Source: Methanomassiliicoccaceae archaeon (GTDB lineage Archaea; Thermoplasmatota; Thermoplasmata; Methanomassiliicoccales; Methanomassiliicoccaceae). Taken from it: 64,000 nt of DNA. The stretch lies in contig CAVSJV010000007.1 in assembly GCA_963728405.1 (NCBI GenBank), positions 96,001-160,000 on the forward strand, written 5' to 3'. Position 1 is the first letter of the stretch; every line of letters starts with the position of its first letter. Position numbers and translations under genes: made by a program. The notes under the pieces were generated by a model that was not told the DNA's origin, made no database searches, and saw only the letters and a program-made list of their open reading frames with translations. Positions 20,429 to 29,394 of this stretch are shown here, in pieces.

Positions 20429-21703
20429 GTGAAGAACGAGATCATCATCGAACGCACGGCCGGGGGCATACCCGTCGTCGTGGAACGCCTTCCTTACGCT
20501 CACTGTGCTTCTTTCTCGGTATACATCGGTGCGGGATCCCGGGATGAGGTGAACGACCAGGCGGGCATAGCTCATATGCTTGAACACATGCTGTTCAAGG
20601 GCACCCAGAACCGCACCGCCAAGCAGATGTCGGAGGAGATCGAGGCGGCCGGCGGGGAGCAGAACGGCTACACTACGAAGGAGGTCACCAGTTACCAAGC
20701 ATACGCTCTCGATGAGACGGGGGAGGTGGCGGAGGACATCCTGGCGGACATGGTCCTGCATCCGCGCCTGGAAAAGGGGTGCCTGAAGACGGAGAAGAAC
20801 GTGGTCGTGCAGGAGATCCGCATGATGGAGAACGATCCCGAGGATTTCATTCATGTGTTGTTCACCGAGACCATGTGGGGCACGCATGCCATGGGCCGTT
20901 CGGAAGCCGGATCGGTAGGGACGGTCGAGTCGCTTACCGACCAGGATGTCCGCTCGTTCTTCGAATCCCATTATCGCCCGCCCCGCATGGCCGTGGTCGT
21001 TACCGGTAATGTCAAGCTTGCTCAGGTCATGGACTGGGCGTCCAGGAGCTTCGATCCCCTGGAGCCGGCCAAGAACGAAAGGCCGCGCGAGGCGCCCGTT
21101 CCGATCGCGCAGTTCAAGGTGTACCCCCGGGATGATAAGCAGGCCTACGTGGGCATGGGCTTCCCGGGTCTGAGCTCGGTCCACCCGGACCGTTTCGCCC
21201 AGCGGCTGATGACCACGGTCATGGGCATGGGCACATCGTCGCGTTTGTTCCAGGAGATCAGGGAGCGCACCGGACTGGTCTATGAGATCTTTGCGTCGTC
21301 GTCGAGTTACACCGATTGCGGAGCCATCAGCATCTTCTTCAACACCTCGGTCAAGGACCAGGAGAAGGTCGTCAGGCTGGTGGCGAAGGAGATCGATCGC
21401 CTAAAGACCGAGGGCCTGGACAAGGAGGAGCTGAAGCGTGCCAAGCACCTTCTAAAAGGCATCTACGTTCGAAGGTTGGAGAGCACCGAGACCCGGATGA
21501 TCCGTCTCGGCGAGATGTTCATGGCGACCGGCGAGGCACTGACGGCCGAGGAAACGCTTCGACGGATGGACGCGGTTACCGAGGAAATGGTCTTGAGGTC
21601 GGCCCAGGAGCTGATGACCAGAGACACACTGACCATTGCTATGCACGCCCCAGGAAAGGAGAGCGAGGCCGCGGTCAAAAGCCTTAATGACCTAGACTTC
21701 TAG
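20429..21703 (+). CDS. M16 family zinc peptidase
   Basis: GSRDE...GIAHMLEHMLFKGT (HxxEH), SSRLFQEIRE..GLVY. Confidence 0.92.
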   Translation: MKNEIIIERTAGGIPVVVERLPYAHCASFSVYIGAGSRDEVNDQAGIAHMLEHMLFKGTQNRTAKQMSEEIEAAGGEQNGYTTKEVTSYQAYALDETGEVAEDILADMVLHPRLEKGCLKTEKNVVVQEIRMMENDPEDFIHVLFTETMWGTHAMGRSEAGSVGTVESLTDQDVRSFFESHYRPPRMAVVVTGNVKLAQVMDWASRSFDPLEPAKNERPREAPVPIAQFKVYPRDDKQAYVGMGFPGLSSVHPDRFAQRLMTTVMGMGTSSRLFQEIRERTGLVYEIFASSSSYTDCGAISIFFNTSVKDQEKVVRLVAKEIDRLKTEGLDKEELKRAKHLLKGIYVRRLESTETRMIRLGEMFMATGEALTAEETLRRMDAVTEEMVLRSAQELMTRDTLTIAMHAPGKESEAAVKSLNDLDF

Positions 21704-22164
21704 GTCTGGGCGATCAGTTCGAGCACCGTTTTGACGGTGCCCTCGAGCGCCGCCTCGATCTCTGGAGTCATGGTCTCGCTTACGGTGAACACATCGTTCA
21801 CTTCGACCGCCACGAACATGATCCTCCGGGGGAACCGTTCCGGCTCCAGGGACCTGCCCAGTTCAATGGTGGTGGCGACGTTCGCTTCGTGCGGATTGAC
21901 GCCGTGAACCGTATCGCTGAACGCTTCCGGATCGAGCACCAGGATGGTCCCCGGCCTCTCCCCTGATTTGAGGATGGCATCGACGACGATGACTCGGTCG
22001 TAGTCCAGCATGATCTCTATGAGGTCCAGCCCGCTGGTGCAGGCCTCCTGGAGGTCCACGCCCTGGACGCCTCTCTTGGAGAGCTCCTGTAGTACCCTGA
22101 GCCCAATGGCATCATCGCACATGATGGGGCTCCCGATCCCAAGTATTAGCGTTCTGTCGCTCAT
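21700..22164 (-). CDS. Hydrogenase maturation protease
   Basis: ILGIGSPIMCDDAIG, VIVVDA, NPH motifs. Confidence 0.88.
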   Translation of the reverse strand: MSDRTLILGIGSPIMCDDAIGLRVLQELSKRGVQGVDLQEACTSGLDLIEIMLDYDRVIVVDAILKSGERPGTILVLDPEAFSDTVHGVNPHEANVATTIELGRSLEPERFPRRIMFVAVEVNDVFTVSETMTPEIEAALEGTVKTVLELIAQT

Positions 22165-22535
22165 TCATCCGAGCCAATATGAGGCGAATAAAAAGAGTTT
22201 TCGATTATGTCCCCCGGTCGTCCGTCACATTAGTAAGGCACCGTGGAATATCCAGAACGAATGGTTGCCAGATCTCCAACCTGGATTGGATGGGGGAAGC
22301 AAAATGTCCGGAGGGGCGGACAGGGCGTTGCCATCTGCCTTCGCTTTATGCCATTGATCTGCGATGAAGGCTGATCATCATATCGATCGGGACCTTCCAG
22401 AACTAACTTGTCTCACGTTCTGCCCGCTCTCCCCTGGCCTGCTGACCTCCCGTAGGAGTGGCGCGTGGCATCGATCCTTCGACCCAGCGGGCGGGGCAGG
22501 CTAATTATTATCTCCCCCGCCCATTCCGGAACAGC

Positions 22536-23360
22536 ATGCCCGAGCGTGAGCTTAAGCTGGAACCGGCGATGGTCCTGAAGGTCGAGGGAAGGACGTTGAC
22601 CGCCCGGCAGCTCGAGGTTCTTCGGGCGGTGCTCGAGGAAGGGAGCCAGAACCAGGCGGCCAGGAAGCTGGGCATCAGCACTCCGGTCCTGAACCGTTAT
22701 ATCGGTCAGATCGAGGCAAAGGTCGGCGCGACCCTGCACACAGCCACCCCGAGGGGGACAGTGCTCAATGGGGAGGGGGAGCGCATCGCGCGTGAGTACA
22801 TCGCACTCTGTCAGAGGATGCTCCCCACTGGGGGCACAGTGATCGGTGGTACCATTATCTCGGAAGAGCTGCTCCTGGGAGCGCTGAGCAAGATCGATCC
22901 CGAAGGAACCTGTGATCTGACCATCTCGGACGATGAGCGCAACTTGAGGGACTTTCAGGCCGGGCTCATGGACGTGGTAGTGCTGGACGACCCGCTCAAT
23001 ATGTTCGACCTCGAGGGAGTGATGTGGCAGGAGGTCGCCACGGACCGTTTGCTGCACGTGAACAATGGGCCTCGGTACGCCCGTTTCATGTATGGGGCCC
23101 AGAGGATAGGGTTCAGGCACCTGGCGAGCATGGGGGGCCAATATTCGATCGAGCGGACCTTTCGCTCTCTCGAGATGATGGTCGACTCCGGCCTGAGCTT
23201 CTTCGTCAACGAGTCCCTGGCCCTCCGGAAGGGGATGAGGATAAAGAGCGACACCGACCCCTCTAGGTTAGAGCACAAGCTCAATGCCGTATATCGCAAG
23301 GAGACCCCCCATGCAAGAAAAGTACTGGCCGAGCTGAAACGGTCCGGTCGAAGAGTATAA
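22536..23360 (+). CDS. LysR/ModE-like HTH transcriptional regulator
   Basis: GSQNQAARKLGISTPVLNRYIGQIE HTH; methanogen-type C-terminus GAQRIGF. Confidence 0.75.
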   Translation: MPERELKLEPAMVLKVEGRTLTARQLEVLRAVLEEGSQNQAARKLGISTPVLNRYIGQIEAKVGATLHTATPRGTVLNGEGERIAREYIALCQRMLPTGGTVIGGTIISEELLLGALSKIDPEGTCDLTISDDERNLRDFQAGLMDVVVLDDPLNMFDLEGVMWQEVATDRLLHVNNGPRYARFMYGAQRIGFRHLASMGGQYSIERTFRSLEMMVDSGLSFFVNESLALRKGMRIKSDTDPSRLEHKLNAVYRKETPHARKVLAELKRSGRRV

Positions 23361-23438
23361 CCTATTTAGGTAAAGCAAGAACCGTTTTTGATATATGTTT
23401 ATATACGCCGGTAGCATGAACATGCCCAGGTGAATTAA

Positions 23439-23951
23439 TTGTCATCTCCCAAGGAACCAAGCGCTGAATTCGCCGATCAGGTTTCGAAGTCGTACGGAGG
23501 CGAGAGCTTGATGCTCTGCTTCCAGTGCGGCACCTGCACCGCCAGCTGCCCCTCCGGTCGCATGACCTCGTTCAGGACCAGGAAGCTCGTTCGCAAGGCC
23601 CAGCTCGGGTTGAAGGAGGAAGTCCTCAAGTCTCCCGACCTGTGGATGTGCACCACCTGTTACTCCTGCATGGAGCGCTGCCCCCGTGATGTACAGATTG
23701 TTGACATTATTACCGTCCTCAGGAACATGGCCATCAAGGAAGGCGTCATGTCCGATGAGCACAGAAAGGTTGGACAGTACCTGCTGGCCAATGGCGCCAC
23801 CGTACCTCTGAACGAGAAGTTCGAGGACCTGCGCCAGAAGCTCGGTCTGTCCCGCCGCCCGGTCACCACCCTGGGTGACAAGAAGGCCCTGGAGGACTTC
23901 CAGAAGATCCTGAAGGCCACTGGGTTCGACAAGCTGGTCGGAGGTGCTTAA
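23439..23951 (+). CDS. hdrC: CoB-CoM heterodisulfide reductase subunit C
   Basis: CFQCGTCTASCP and WMCTTCYSCMERCPR. Confidence 0.93.
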   Translation: MSSPKEPSAEFADQVSKSYGGESLMLCFQCGTCTASCPSGRMTSFRTRKLVRKAQLGLKEEVLKSPDLWMCTTCYSCMERCPRDVQIVDIITVLRNMAIKEGVMSDEHRKVGQYLLANGATVPLNEKFEDLRQKLGLSRRPVTTLGDKKALEDFQKILKATGFDKLVGGA

Positions 23952-23952
23952 G

Positions 23953-24804
23953 ATGGGCAAGAAGTATGCGTTGTTCCTCGGTTGCGTAGCTCCTGCCCGG
24001 TACCCCGGTATCGAGTCCGCCACCCGTGAGGTCTGCAAGACCCTAGGTGTGGAGCTCGTCGAGCTGGAGGGTGCCGGTTGCTGCCCCGCCCCCGGTGTGA
24101 TCAGGTCCTTCGAGCAGGACGCCTGGCTCGCTCTAGCTGCCAGAAATCTCGCCCTGGCTCAGAAGAAGGGCGTGGACATCCTGACCATCTGCAATGGTTG
24201 CTACGGCTCCCTATTCGACGCGGCCCATGTGCTGCACGAAAGCCCTGAGAAGCTTCGCCAGGTCAACAAGATCCTGCGCGAGGTCGGTCTGGAGTACAAT
24301 GGCGAGACCAAGGTTCACCACTTCGCTGAGCTATTCTACAAGGAGATCGGTGTGGACGCCATCAAGGCCCATGTGAAGGCTCCTTTGGACCTCAAGGTCG
24401 CCGTTCACTACGGCTGCCACTTCCTGAAGCCCAGCCACCTCAAGAACCTGGACGACCCAGAGCGCCCCAAGATCCTTGACGAGCTCGTGGAGGCCACCGG
24501 CGCCAAGAGCATCAATTACAAGGACAAGCAGATGTGCTGCGGTGCGGGCGGCGGTGTCCGTTCCGGGAACCCGGCCCTCGCGACCACGTTCACCGTGGAG
24601 AAGCTGAAGAACATAAAGGCCGCTGGAGCGAGCTACATTATCGATGTGTGCCCCTTCTGCCACCTACAGTTCGACAGGACCCAGAAGGATGTCAAGGGCT
24701 ACGATATACCAGTCATCCACCTGTCCCAGCTCTACGGCCTCGCCCTGGGCGTGCCCAAGGAGAAGCTCGGTCTGGACGCGCAAGAGATCCCGGCCAAGTT
24801 CTGA
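23953..24804 (+). CDS. hdrB: CoB-CoM heterodisulfide reductase subunit B
   Basis: FLGC, CCPAPG, CNGC, HYGCH, CCGAGGG, CPFCHLQFD (CCG domains). Confidence 0.95.
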   Translation: MGKKYALFLGCVAPARYPGIESATREVCKTLGVELVELEGAGCCPAPGVIRSFEQDAWLALAARNLALAQKKGVDILTICNGCYGSLFDAAHVLHESPEKLRQVNKILREVGLEYNGETKVHHFAELFYKEIGVDAIKAHVKAPLDLKVAVHYGCHFLKPSHLKNLDDPERPKILDELVEATGAKSINYKDKQMCCGAGGGVRSGNPALATTFTVEKLKNIKAAGASYIIDVCPFCHLQFDRTQKDVKGYDIPVIHLSQLYGLALGVPKEKLGLDAQEIPAKF

Positions 24805-25021
24805 GCGAAAAGAGGCTCACGCCTCCCCTTCAGTCCTTTATTTTTTCCTATATTTCTGCGTGCAATTAAATATCTGGCCGCGGTCTATTTGTCCAGGCAT
24901 ATGCTCTATAAATTGAGAAAAAGTTAACACCATACTACCAGTAAATCTTAACGGCCTTTAATTTTTCACCTATATAGAAAAGAACTTAGATATGAAGGGA
25001 CATATCTCACTTCAGATATAA

Positions 25022-25354
25022 ATGCCGACAAAAACCATAACTAAGGCCGCTAAGCCCGCCGCAAAGGGCAGGGTCAGCTCTGCCAGCGCTATGAAGGCCG
25101 CCCCCAAGAAGGCCGCCCCCAAGAAGGCCGCCGCGCCAAAGAAGACGGAAACCAAGGCTGTAGCCAAGAAGGTCGTTGCTCCGAAGAAGGCCGCCCCCAA
25201 GAAGGTAGCCCCCAAGAAGGCCGCCGCGCCAAAGAAGACGGAAACCAAGGCTGTAGCCAAGAAGGTCGTTGCTCCGAAGAAGGCCGCCCCCAAGAAGGTA
25301 GCCCCCAAGAAGGCCGCCGCGCCAAAGAAGCCTGCCGCCAAGCCCAAGAAGTAA
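25022..25354 (+). CDS. Lys/Ala/Pro-rich histone H1-like repetitive basic protein
   Basis: 110 aa made almost entirely of (A/V)APKK pentapeptides; preceded by an AT-rich promoter-like region. Confidence 0.75.
   Translation: MPTKTITKAAKPAAKGRVSSASAMKAAPKKAAPKKAAAPKKTETKAVAKKVVAPKKAAPKKVAPKKAAAPKKTETKAVAKKVVAPKKAAPKKVAPKKAAAPKKPAAKPKK
25127..25330 (+). repeat. Perfect 93-bp tandem repeat (2 full copies plus a partial) inside the H1-like gene
   Basis: Unit encoding AAAPKKTETKAVAKKVVAPKKAAPKKVAPKK starts at 25127, 25220 and 25313. Confidence 0.9.
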
Positions 25355-25465
25355 GCGCTCGACGGTTGACCGAACAAACCCCGAACCAACGATCAAGTCG
25401 CTAGGTCATGAAGGGTCAACTACAAATTTTGAATGAACAGGCTGGGCTGTCAGCCCTAGCGGCAC

Positions 25466-25482
25466 AAAGATTTTTATATAAG
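25466..25482 (+). promoter_or_regulatory. Putative BRE/TATA promoter of rps3ae-tRNA-Met
   Basis: AAAGATTTTTATATAAG about 90 nt upstream of the ATG, with SD GGAGG before the start. Confidence 0.55.
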
Positions 25483-25568
25483 TGGTCCCTTCGACCATTA
25501 TCCCGTTCACCCGAGCCTGACGACCCGGAGCACCGCTCTTGGCCGCGGCCCGATCACGGAGGATTACT

Positions 25569-26312
25569 ATGGCTGTAAAGAAGGCGAAGACGGCAGCGAG
25601 AAAGGTCAAGGACAAGTGGAAGGCAAAGGAGTGGTACAAGCTCTATGCTCCGAGGATGTTCAACCAAGTTGAGCTAGGAGAGACCCCGAGCTCCGAATCC
25701 ACAGCTCTGATGGGCAGGAACACCGAGGTCACCGTTCACGAATTGACCGGCGACTTCTCCAAGATGCACATCAAGATCCGCTTCCAGGTCACCGACATCC
25801 GCGGCCTCGACGCTCACACCGCCTTCATCGGTCACGATCTAACCAGCGATTATGTTCGCAGGCTGACCCGCAGAAAGAGGACCAAGACCGACCACGTGGT
25901 GGATGTTCGCACCAAGGACGGTTTCCTTATCCGCATAAAGCCGATGAGCATAACTGAGCAGAGGATCCAGGCCGCCCAGGAAACGGCCATCAGGAACATC
26001 ATGACCGCGACCCTTAACGACCTGGCCTCGAACATGACCGTCTCCGAACTGGTCAAGTCCATCATCACCGGGGATTTGTCCAAGGAGCTCGGTTCCGCAG
26101 CCAAGATCATCATCCCCATCAAGCGGATCGAGGTTCGCAAGAGCGAGGTCCTGGAGGTCGGAACAGCTTCGGGCGAGGAGCCGAGCATACAGGAGAGGTT
26201 CGGCCAGGAAGCCGCTGCCCAGGCAGCTGCCCAGGCGGCCGCAGCCCCCCCGGCCCCCGCCGAGGAGGCCTCTGAGGAAGAGGCCGTCGAGGAGACCGAG
26301 GAGCAGCAATAA
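25569..26312 (+). CDS. rps3ae: 30S ribosomal protein S3Ae (eS1)
   Basis: KDKWKAKEWY, GHDLTSDYVRRL.RRKR, IPIKRIEVRKSEV; acidic Ala/Glu tail. Confidence 0.95.
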   Translation: MAVKKAKTAARKVKDKWKAKEWYKLYAPRMFNQVELGETPSSESTALMGRNTEVTVHELTGDFSKMHIKIRFQVTDIRGLDAHTAFIGHDLTSDYVRRLTRRKRTKTDHVVDVRTKDGFLIRIKPMSITEQRIQAAQETAIRNIMTATLNDLASNMTVSELVKSIITGDLSKELGSAAKIIIPIKRIEVRKSEVLEVGTASGEEPSIQERFGQEAAAQAAAQAAAAPPAPAEEASEEEAVEETEEQQ

Positions 26313-26323
26313 CTCTGAACCGT

Positions 26324-26430
26324 GCCGGGGTGGCTCAGACTGGTAGAGCGACGGACTCATAAGGTCCTGGCCTTACGCCAGGGTCCGAGAGATCCGTAGG
26401 CCATGGGTTCAAATCCCATTCCCGGCACCA
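26324..26430 (+). tRNA. tRNA-Met(CAT), elongator type, with a 30-nt canonical intron (26362-26391)
   Basis: Cloverleaf GCCGGGG...CCCGGCA-CCA; anticodon CAT at 26358-26360; hairpin intron at 37/38 with BHB-like junction. Confidence 0.9.
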
Positions 26431-26562
26431 ACTTCCTTTCATATCGGACGGGCTCCGTCCATCTTTTCATCCTTCTATTTAATTAAAGCCTATTTTTCGG
26501 TCTGGACGTTCAGCCGTATCCTTAAAGTAGATTGACTGCCGTAGGCAAAGGCCGGTGAAGGG

Positions 26563-27750
26563 TTGAGAATTATCATCTATACCGGGAAGGGTGGCGTGGG
26601 GAAGACCTCGGTCGCCGCCGCCACCGCCCTCAGGTCCGCTCGAATGGGTCACAAGACCATCTTGATGTCCACCGACGCGGCGCACTCGGTCTCCGACTCT
26701 CTCGAAGTGACGCTGTCCGGCCAGATAACCAAGGTCGAGGACAATCTCGACGCCATCGAGGTCGACATGCTTTACGAGCTGGAGACTCGTTGGAAGGAGA
26801 TCCAGAAGTACATATCTGATTTCCTGTTATCGCAGGGAATGGACGCGGTCTCCTCGAAGGAGATGGCCGTCCTGCCCGGGATGGAGCTCATGTCCGCGCT
26901 CTTCTACGTTGAGGACTTCTACAAGCGGAACGAGTATGACGTCATCGTGCTGGACACGGCCCCTACCGGGGAGACGATGCGGCTGCTGAGCTTCCCCGAG
27001 GTATCGGAATGGTACACTGATCGCCTCTACGGCATGTTCAAGAACATGCTGCGGGTCGCCCGTCTCACCGTCGGAAAGATGATGAGCACCCCCCTGCCGT
27101 CCGAGGAACTGCTGAAGGACATCGAGATATTGGGGGAGCGGATGAAGGCGGTGCAGAAGATCCTGCAGGACCCCGATATCACATCCATCCGTCTGGTGGT
27201 GAATCCCGAGAAGATGGTCATCAACGAGACCAAGAGGGCCTTCACCTACCTGTGTCTGTACAACCTGACCGTCGAATGCCTGGTCGTGAACCGGGTGATA
27301 CGTGAGGATAGCGGTTGCTACTTCGAAGAGAAACTGGGGGAGCAGGAGAAGTACATGCAGATCATCAACGAGTCGTTCAGCCCGTTGAAGATCCTGAAGG
27401 CGTACCAACTGCCCGTGGAGCTGGTCGGGCTGAATTCCCTGGAGAAGCTTGGGGACATGGTGTTCGGAGAGATCGACCCCATCACTCATTTCTCCACCGA
27501 AAAGCCGATGGACATCTATTCTAAGGATGGCATGGACATAATAGCTTTGAAGCTTCCGTTCGCTATGAAGGAAAGCGTCAACCTATATAAGTCGGCCGAC
27601 AGCTTGCTGGTAGAGGTTGGCCAATATCGCCGGTCGATCTCCTTGCCAACCACTTTCGCCAAGAAGGAGCCCGATAAGGCGGAGTTCAAGGAGGGGCACC
27701 TGCTCATTATGTTCAAGGGTGATGAGAATGGAAGGGGAAAGAAAAACTGA
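26563..27750 (+). CDS. ArsA/Get3 family ATPase with C-terminal HSP20-like domain
   Basis: GKGGVGKT, STDAAHS, DTAPTG, NPEKM..NET; C-terminal beta-rich RRSISLP...AEFKEG. Confidence 0.88.
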   Translation: MRIIIYTGKGGVGKTSVAAATALRSARMGHKTILMSTDAAHSVSDSLEVTLSGQITKVEDNLDAIEVDMLYELETRWKEIQKYISDFLLSQGMDAVSSKEMAVLPGMELMSALFYVEDFYKRNEYDVIVLDTAPTGETMRLLSFPEVSEWYTDRLYGMFKNMLRVARLTVGKMMSTPLPSEELLKDIEILGERMKAVQKILQDPDITSIRLVVNPEKMVINETKRAFTYLCLYNLTVECLVVNRVIREDSGCYFEEKLGEQEKYMQIINESFSPLKILKAYQLPVELVGLNSLEKLGDMVFGEIDPITHFSTEKPMDIYSKDGMDIIALKLPFAMKESVNLYKSADSLLVEVGQYRRSISLPTTFAKKEPDKAEFKEGHLLIMFKGDENGRGKKN

Positions 27751-28069
27751 AGGCCGTGGGTGCGAGGACGAGGCCGCCCGCAAGCGACGGATCAAGGCGG
27801 ATGCGGAGAAGATGTCCGATGCGGTCTTCTCCAAAGAAACGCGCGATCATCTGGTCAGGGCGAGCACGGAGGTCATCCTGGCCGTCGATTCGATGATCCC
27901 TCGGGACAAGATACCGGAAGATGTCAAGCAACACTACCTGGCCGCCAAGCGCGAGACCATGCTGCTCATCCGATCGGTCCTGGATGCCCAGATCACCATG
28001 GTGCAGGACCTGGAGAGCGATAAAGCAGCTCCGCCAGAACCGGGACTGAAGAAGATCGACCTTCAATGA
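27728..28069 (+). CDS. Hypothetical helical protein coupled to the ArsA-like ATPase
   Basis: Overlaps the end of the ATPase gene; ETRDHLVRA..E...AKRE.LL..RS.LD; ends KKIDLQ. Confidence 0.65.
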   Translation: MEGERKTEGRGCEDEAARKRRIKADAEKMSDAVFSKETRDHLVRASTEVILAVDSMIPRDKIPEDVKQHYLAAKRETMLLIRSVLDAQITMVQDLESDKAAPPEPGLKKIDLQ

Positions 28070-28070
28070 A

Positions 28071-28661
28071 CTAGGTGATGGGGTCGCGAACGAAGATCTC
28101 CCGGCACTCCGCGCATAGCAACGGTCCCTGGCCCGAGGCTCCGCCGGTCTGCCTCAGATCGTAGGAGTAGTTCTCACAATTCTCACAGTAACCCTGCAGG
28201 GAGATGGGCTCCTTCTCATCGGTCACCGGCGCGTTGATGCTCTTCCATTCCCTGGTTATCTCGATCAATGAGGGCGATAGCCTGGTGATATCGTTCTCGG
28301 TGAGCATGCCGACGAGCTGCTCTCCCACCACCACCGGCAGGCGGCGAAGGCGCAGCTGGGCCATCTTGCGGCCGGCGGTGGCGACGCTCTCTTTCGGCCC
28401 CACCGTCACGAGGGGCGAGGACATGATGTCGCGGGCCTTGACCTGGCTCGGACGCCTGTCCTCGGCCACGAGCTTCTCCACGAAATCCTTCTCGGTGACG
28501 ATGCCGAGCGGCAAGCCGTCCTCGATGATGATGACGCTGCCGACCTTCCAGGACCGCATGAGGGTCGCGAGGTCCTTCGCCGTAAGGTCCGGACTCCCGA
28601 TGACCGGGACCTTGGTCATGATGTCCTCGACATAGATGTCCCGCGCTCGTTCCATGGCCAT
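28071..28661 (-). CDS. CBS domain protein with C-terminal zinc ribbon
   Basis: VEDIMT, GIVTEKD, RDIMSSP, RRLPVV...GMLT; CENC...CAEC. Confidence 0.85.
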   Translation of the reverse strand: MAMERARDIYVEDIMTKVPVIGSPDLTAKDLATLMRSWKVGSVIIIEDGLPLGIVTEKDFVEKLVAEDRRPSQVKARDIMSSPLVTVGPKESVATAGRKMAQLRLRRLPVVVGEQLVGMLTENDITRLSPSLIEITREWKSINAPVTDEKEPISLQGYCENCENYSYDLRQTGGASGQGPLLCAECREIFVRDPIT

Positions 28662-28779
28662 GCTTATCGATTGAGTGCTCACGGTAGAAATAGATTGTTC
28701 GCCGACGGACGAGGAGGAAAAGGCCAGGGGGCCGGCAAAAGAACGATAAACCGTCAATGGCATCTGTAAGGGCTGAGGT

Positions 28780-29394
28780 ATGAAAATGCGCGACGGCGAG
28801 GGCGAGCTGGCGGTCAGGATCGCCAGGCAATCGGTGGAAGCAGAGGTCAGGGGAGCGACCAAGGGGCATGTGGACGCCCCGGAGAGCTTCAATGAGAAAA
28901 GGGGTGTGTTCGTCACCCTGAGCAACTATCCAGGCCATCTGCTGAGGGGCTGTATAGGGTTCCCGGAGCCGATTTTCTCGCTGGCGAGCGCGCTGATCCA
29001 GGCGGGGCATCATGCCTGTCATGATCCCCGGTTCGACGACCTGCAGGTCGACGAGCTGGACCACATCACCATTGAGGTGACCATCCTTACTCCCCCGGAG
29101 GAGATCAGTGTCACCGACCGTAAATCGCTCCCGCAGATGATCGAGGTCGGCAAGGACGGTCTCATCGCCGAGTTCGGCCCCTATCGCGGCCTCCTGCTGC
29201 CGCAGGTGCCGGTAGAATGGAACTGGGACGCCGAAGAGTTCTTGGGGCAGACGTGCATGAAGGCTGGAATGTCCCCGGACATGTGGCTGGACAAGCGGAC
29301 CAGGTTCTATAAGTTCGGGGGCGAGATATTCTCCGAGCAGACCCCCCGGGGAAGGATAGAGAGGAAGGACATCACCCATGGAGCTTGTCGTTGA
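28780..29394 (+). CDS. AMMECR1 / TIGR00296 family protein
   Basis: GVFVTL...LRGCIG, DPRF, GLLLPQV. Confidence 0.92.
   Translation: MKMRDGEGELAVRIARQSVEAEVRGATKGHVDAPESFNEKRGVFVTLSNYPGHLLRGCIGFPEPIFSLASALIQAGHHACHDPRFDDLQVDELDHITIEVTILTPPEEISVTDRKSLPQMIEVGKDGLIAEFGPYRGLLLPQVPVEWNWDAEEFLGQTCMKAGMSPDMWLDKRTRFYKFGGEIFSEQTPRGRIERKDITHGACR

Noticed and set aside
22165-22535. GC-rich intergenic region that might be a structured RNA
   Set aside because: No SRP, RNase P or riboswitch signature could be identified by eye; needs an Rfam scan.
23439-24804. hdrCB without hdrA
   Set aside because: Separate location of hdrA is common in methanogens, so this is not unusual.
25127-25330. Possible CRISPR-like repeat
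   Set aside because: In-frame coding tandem repeat without spacers; no CRISPR array or cas gene seen in the window.
25007-25396. Repetitive hydrophobic ORFs (AAFFGATTFL..., GGLLGG...)
   Set aside because: Antisense readings of the PAKK repeat gene.
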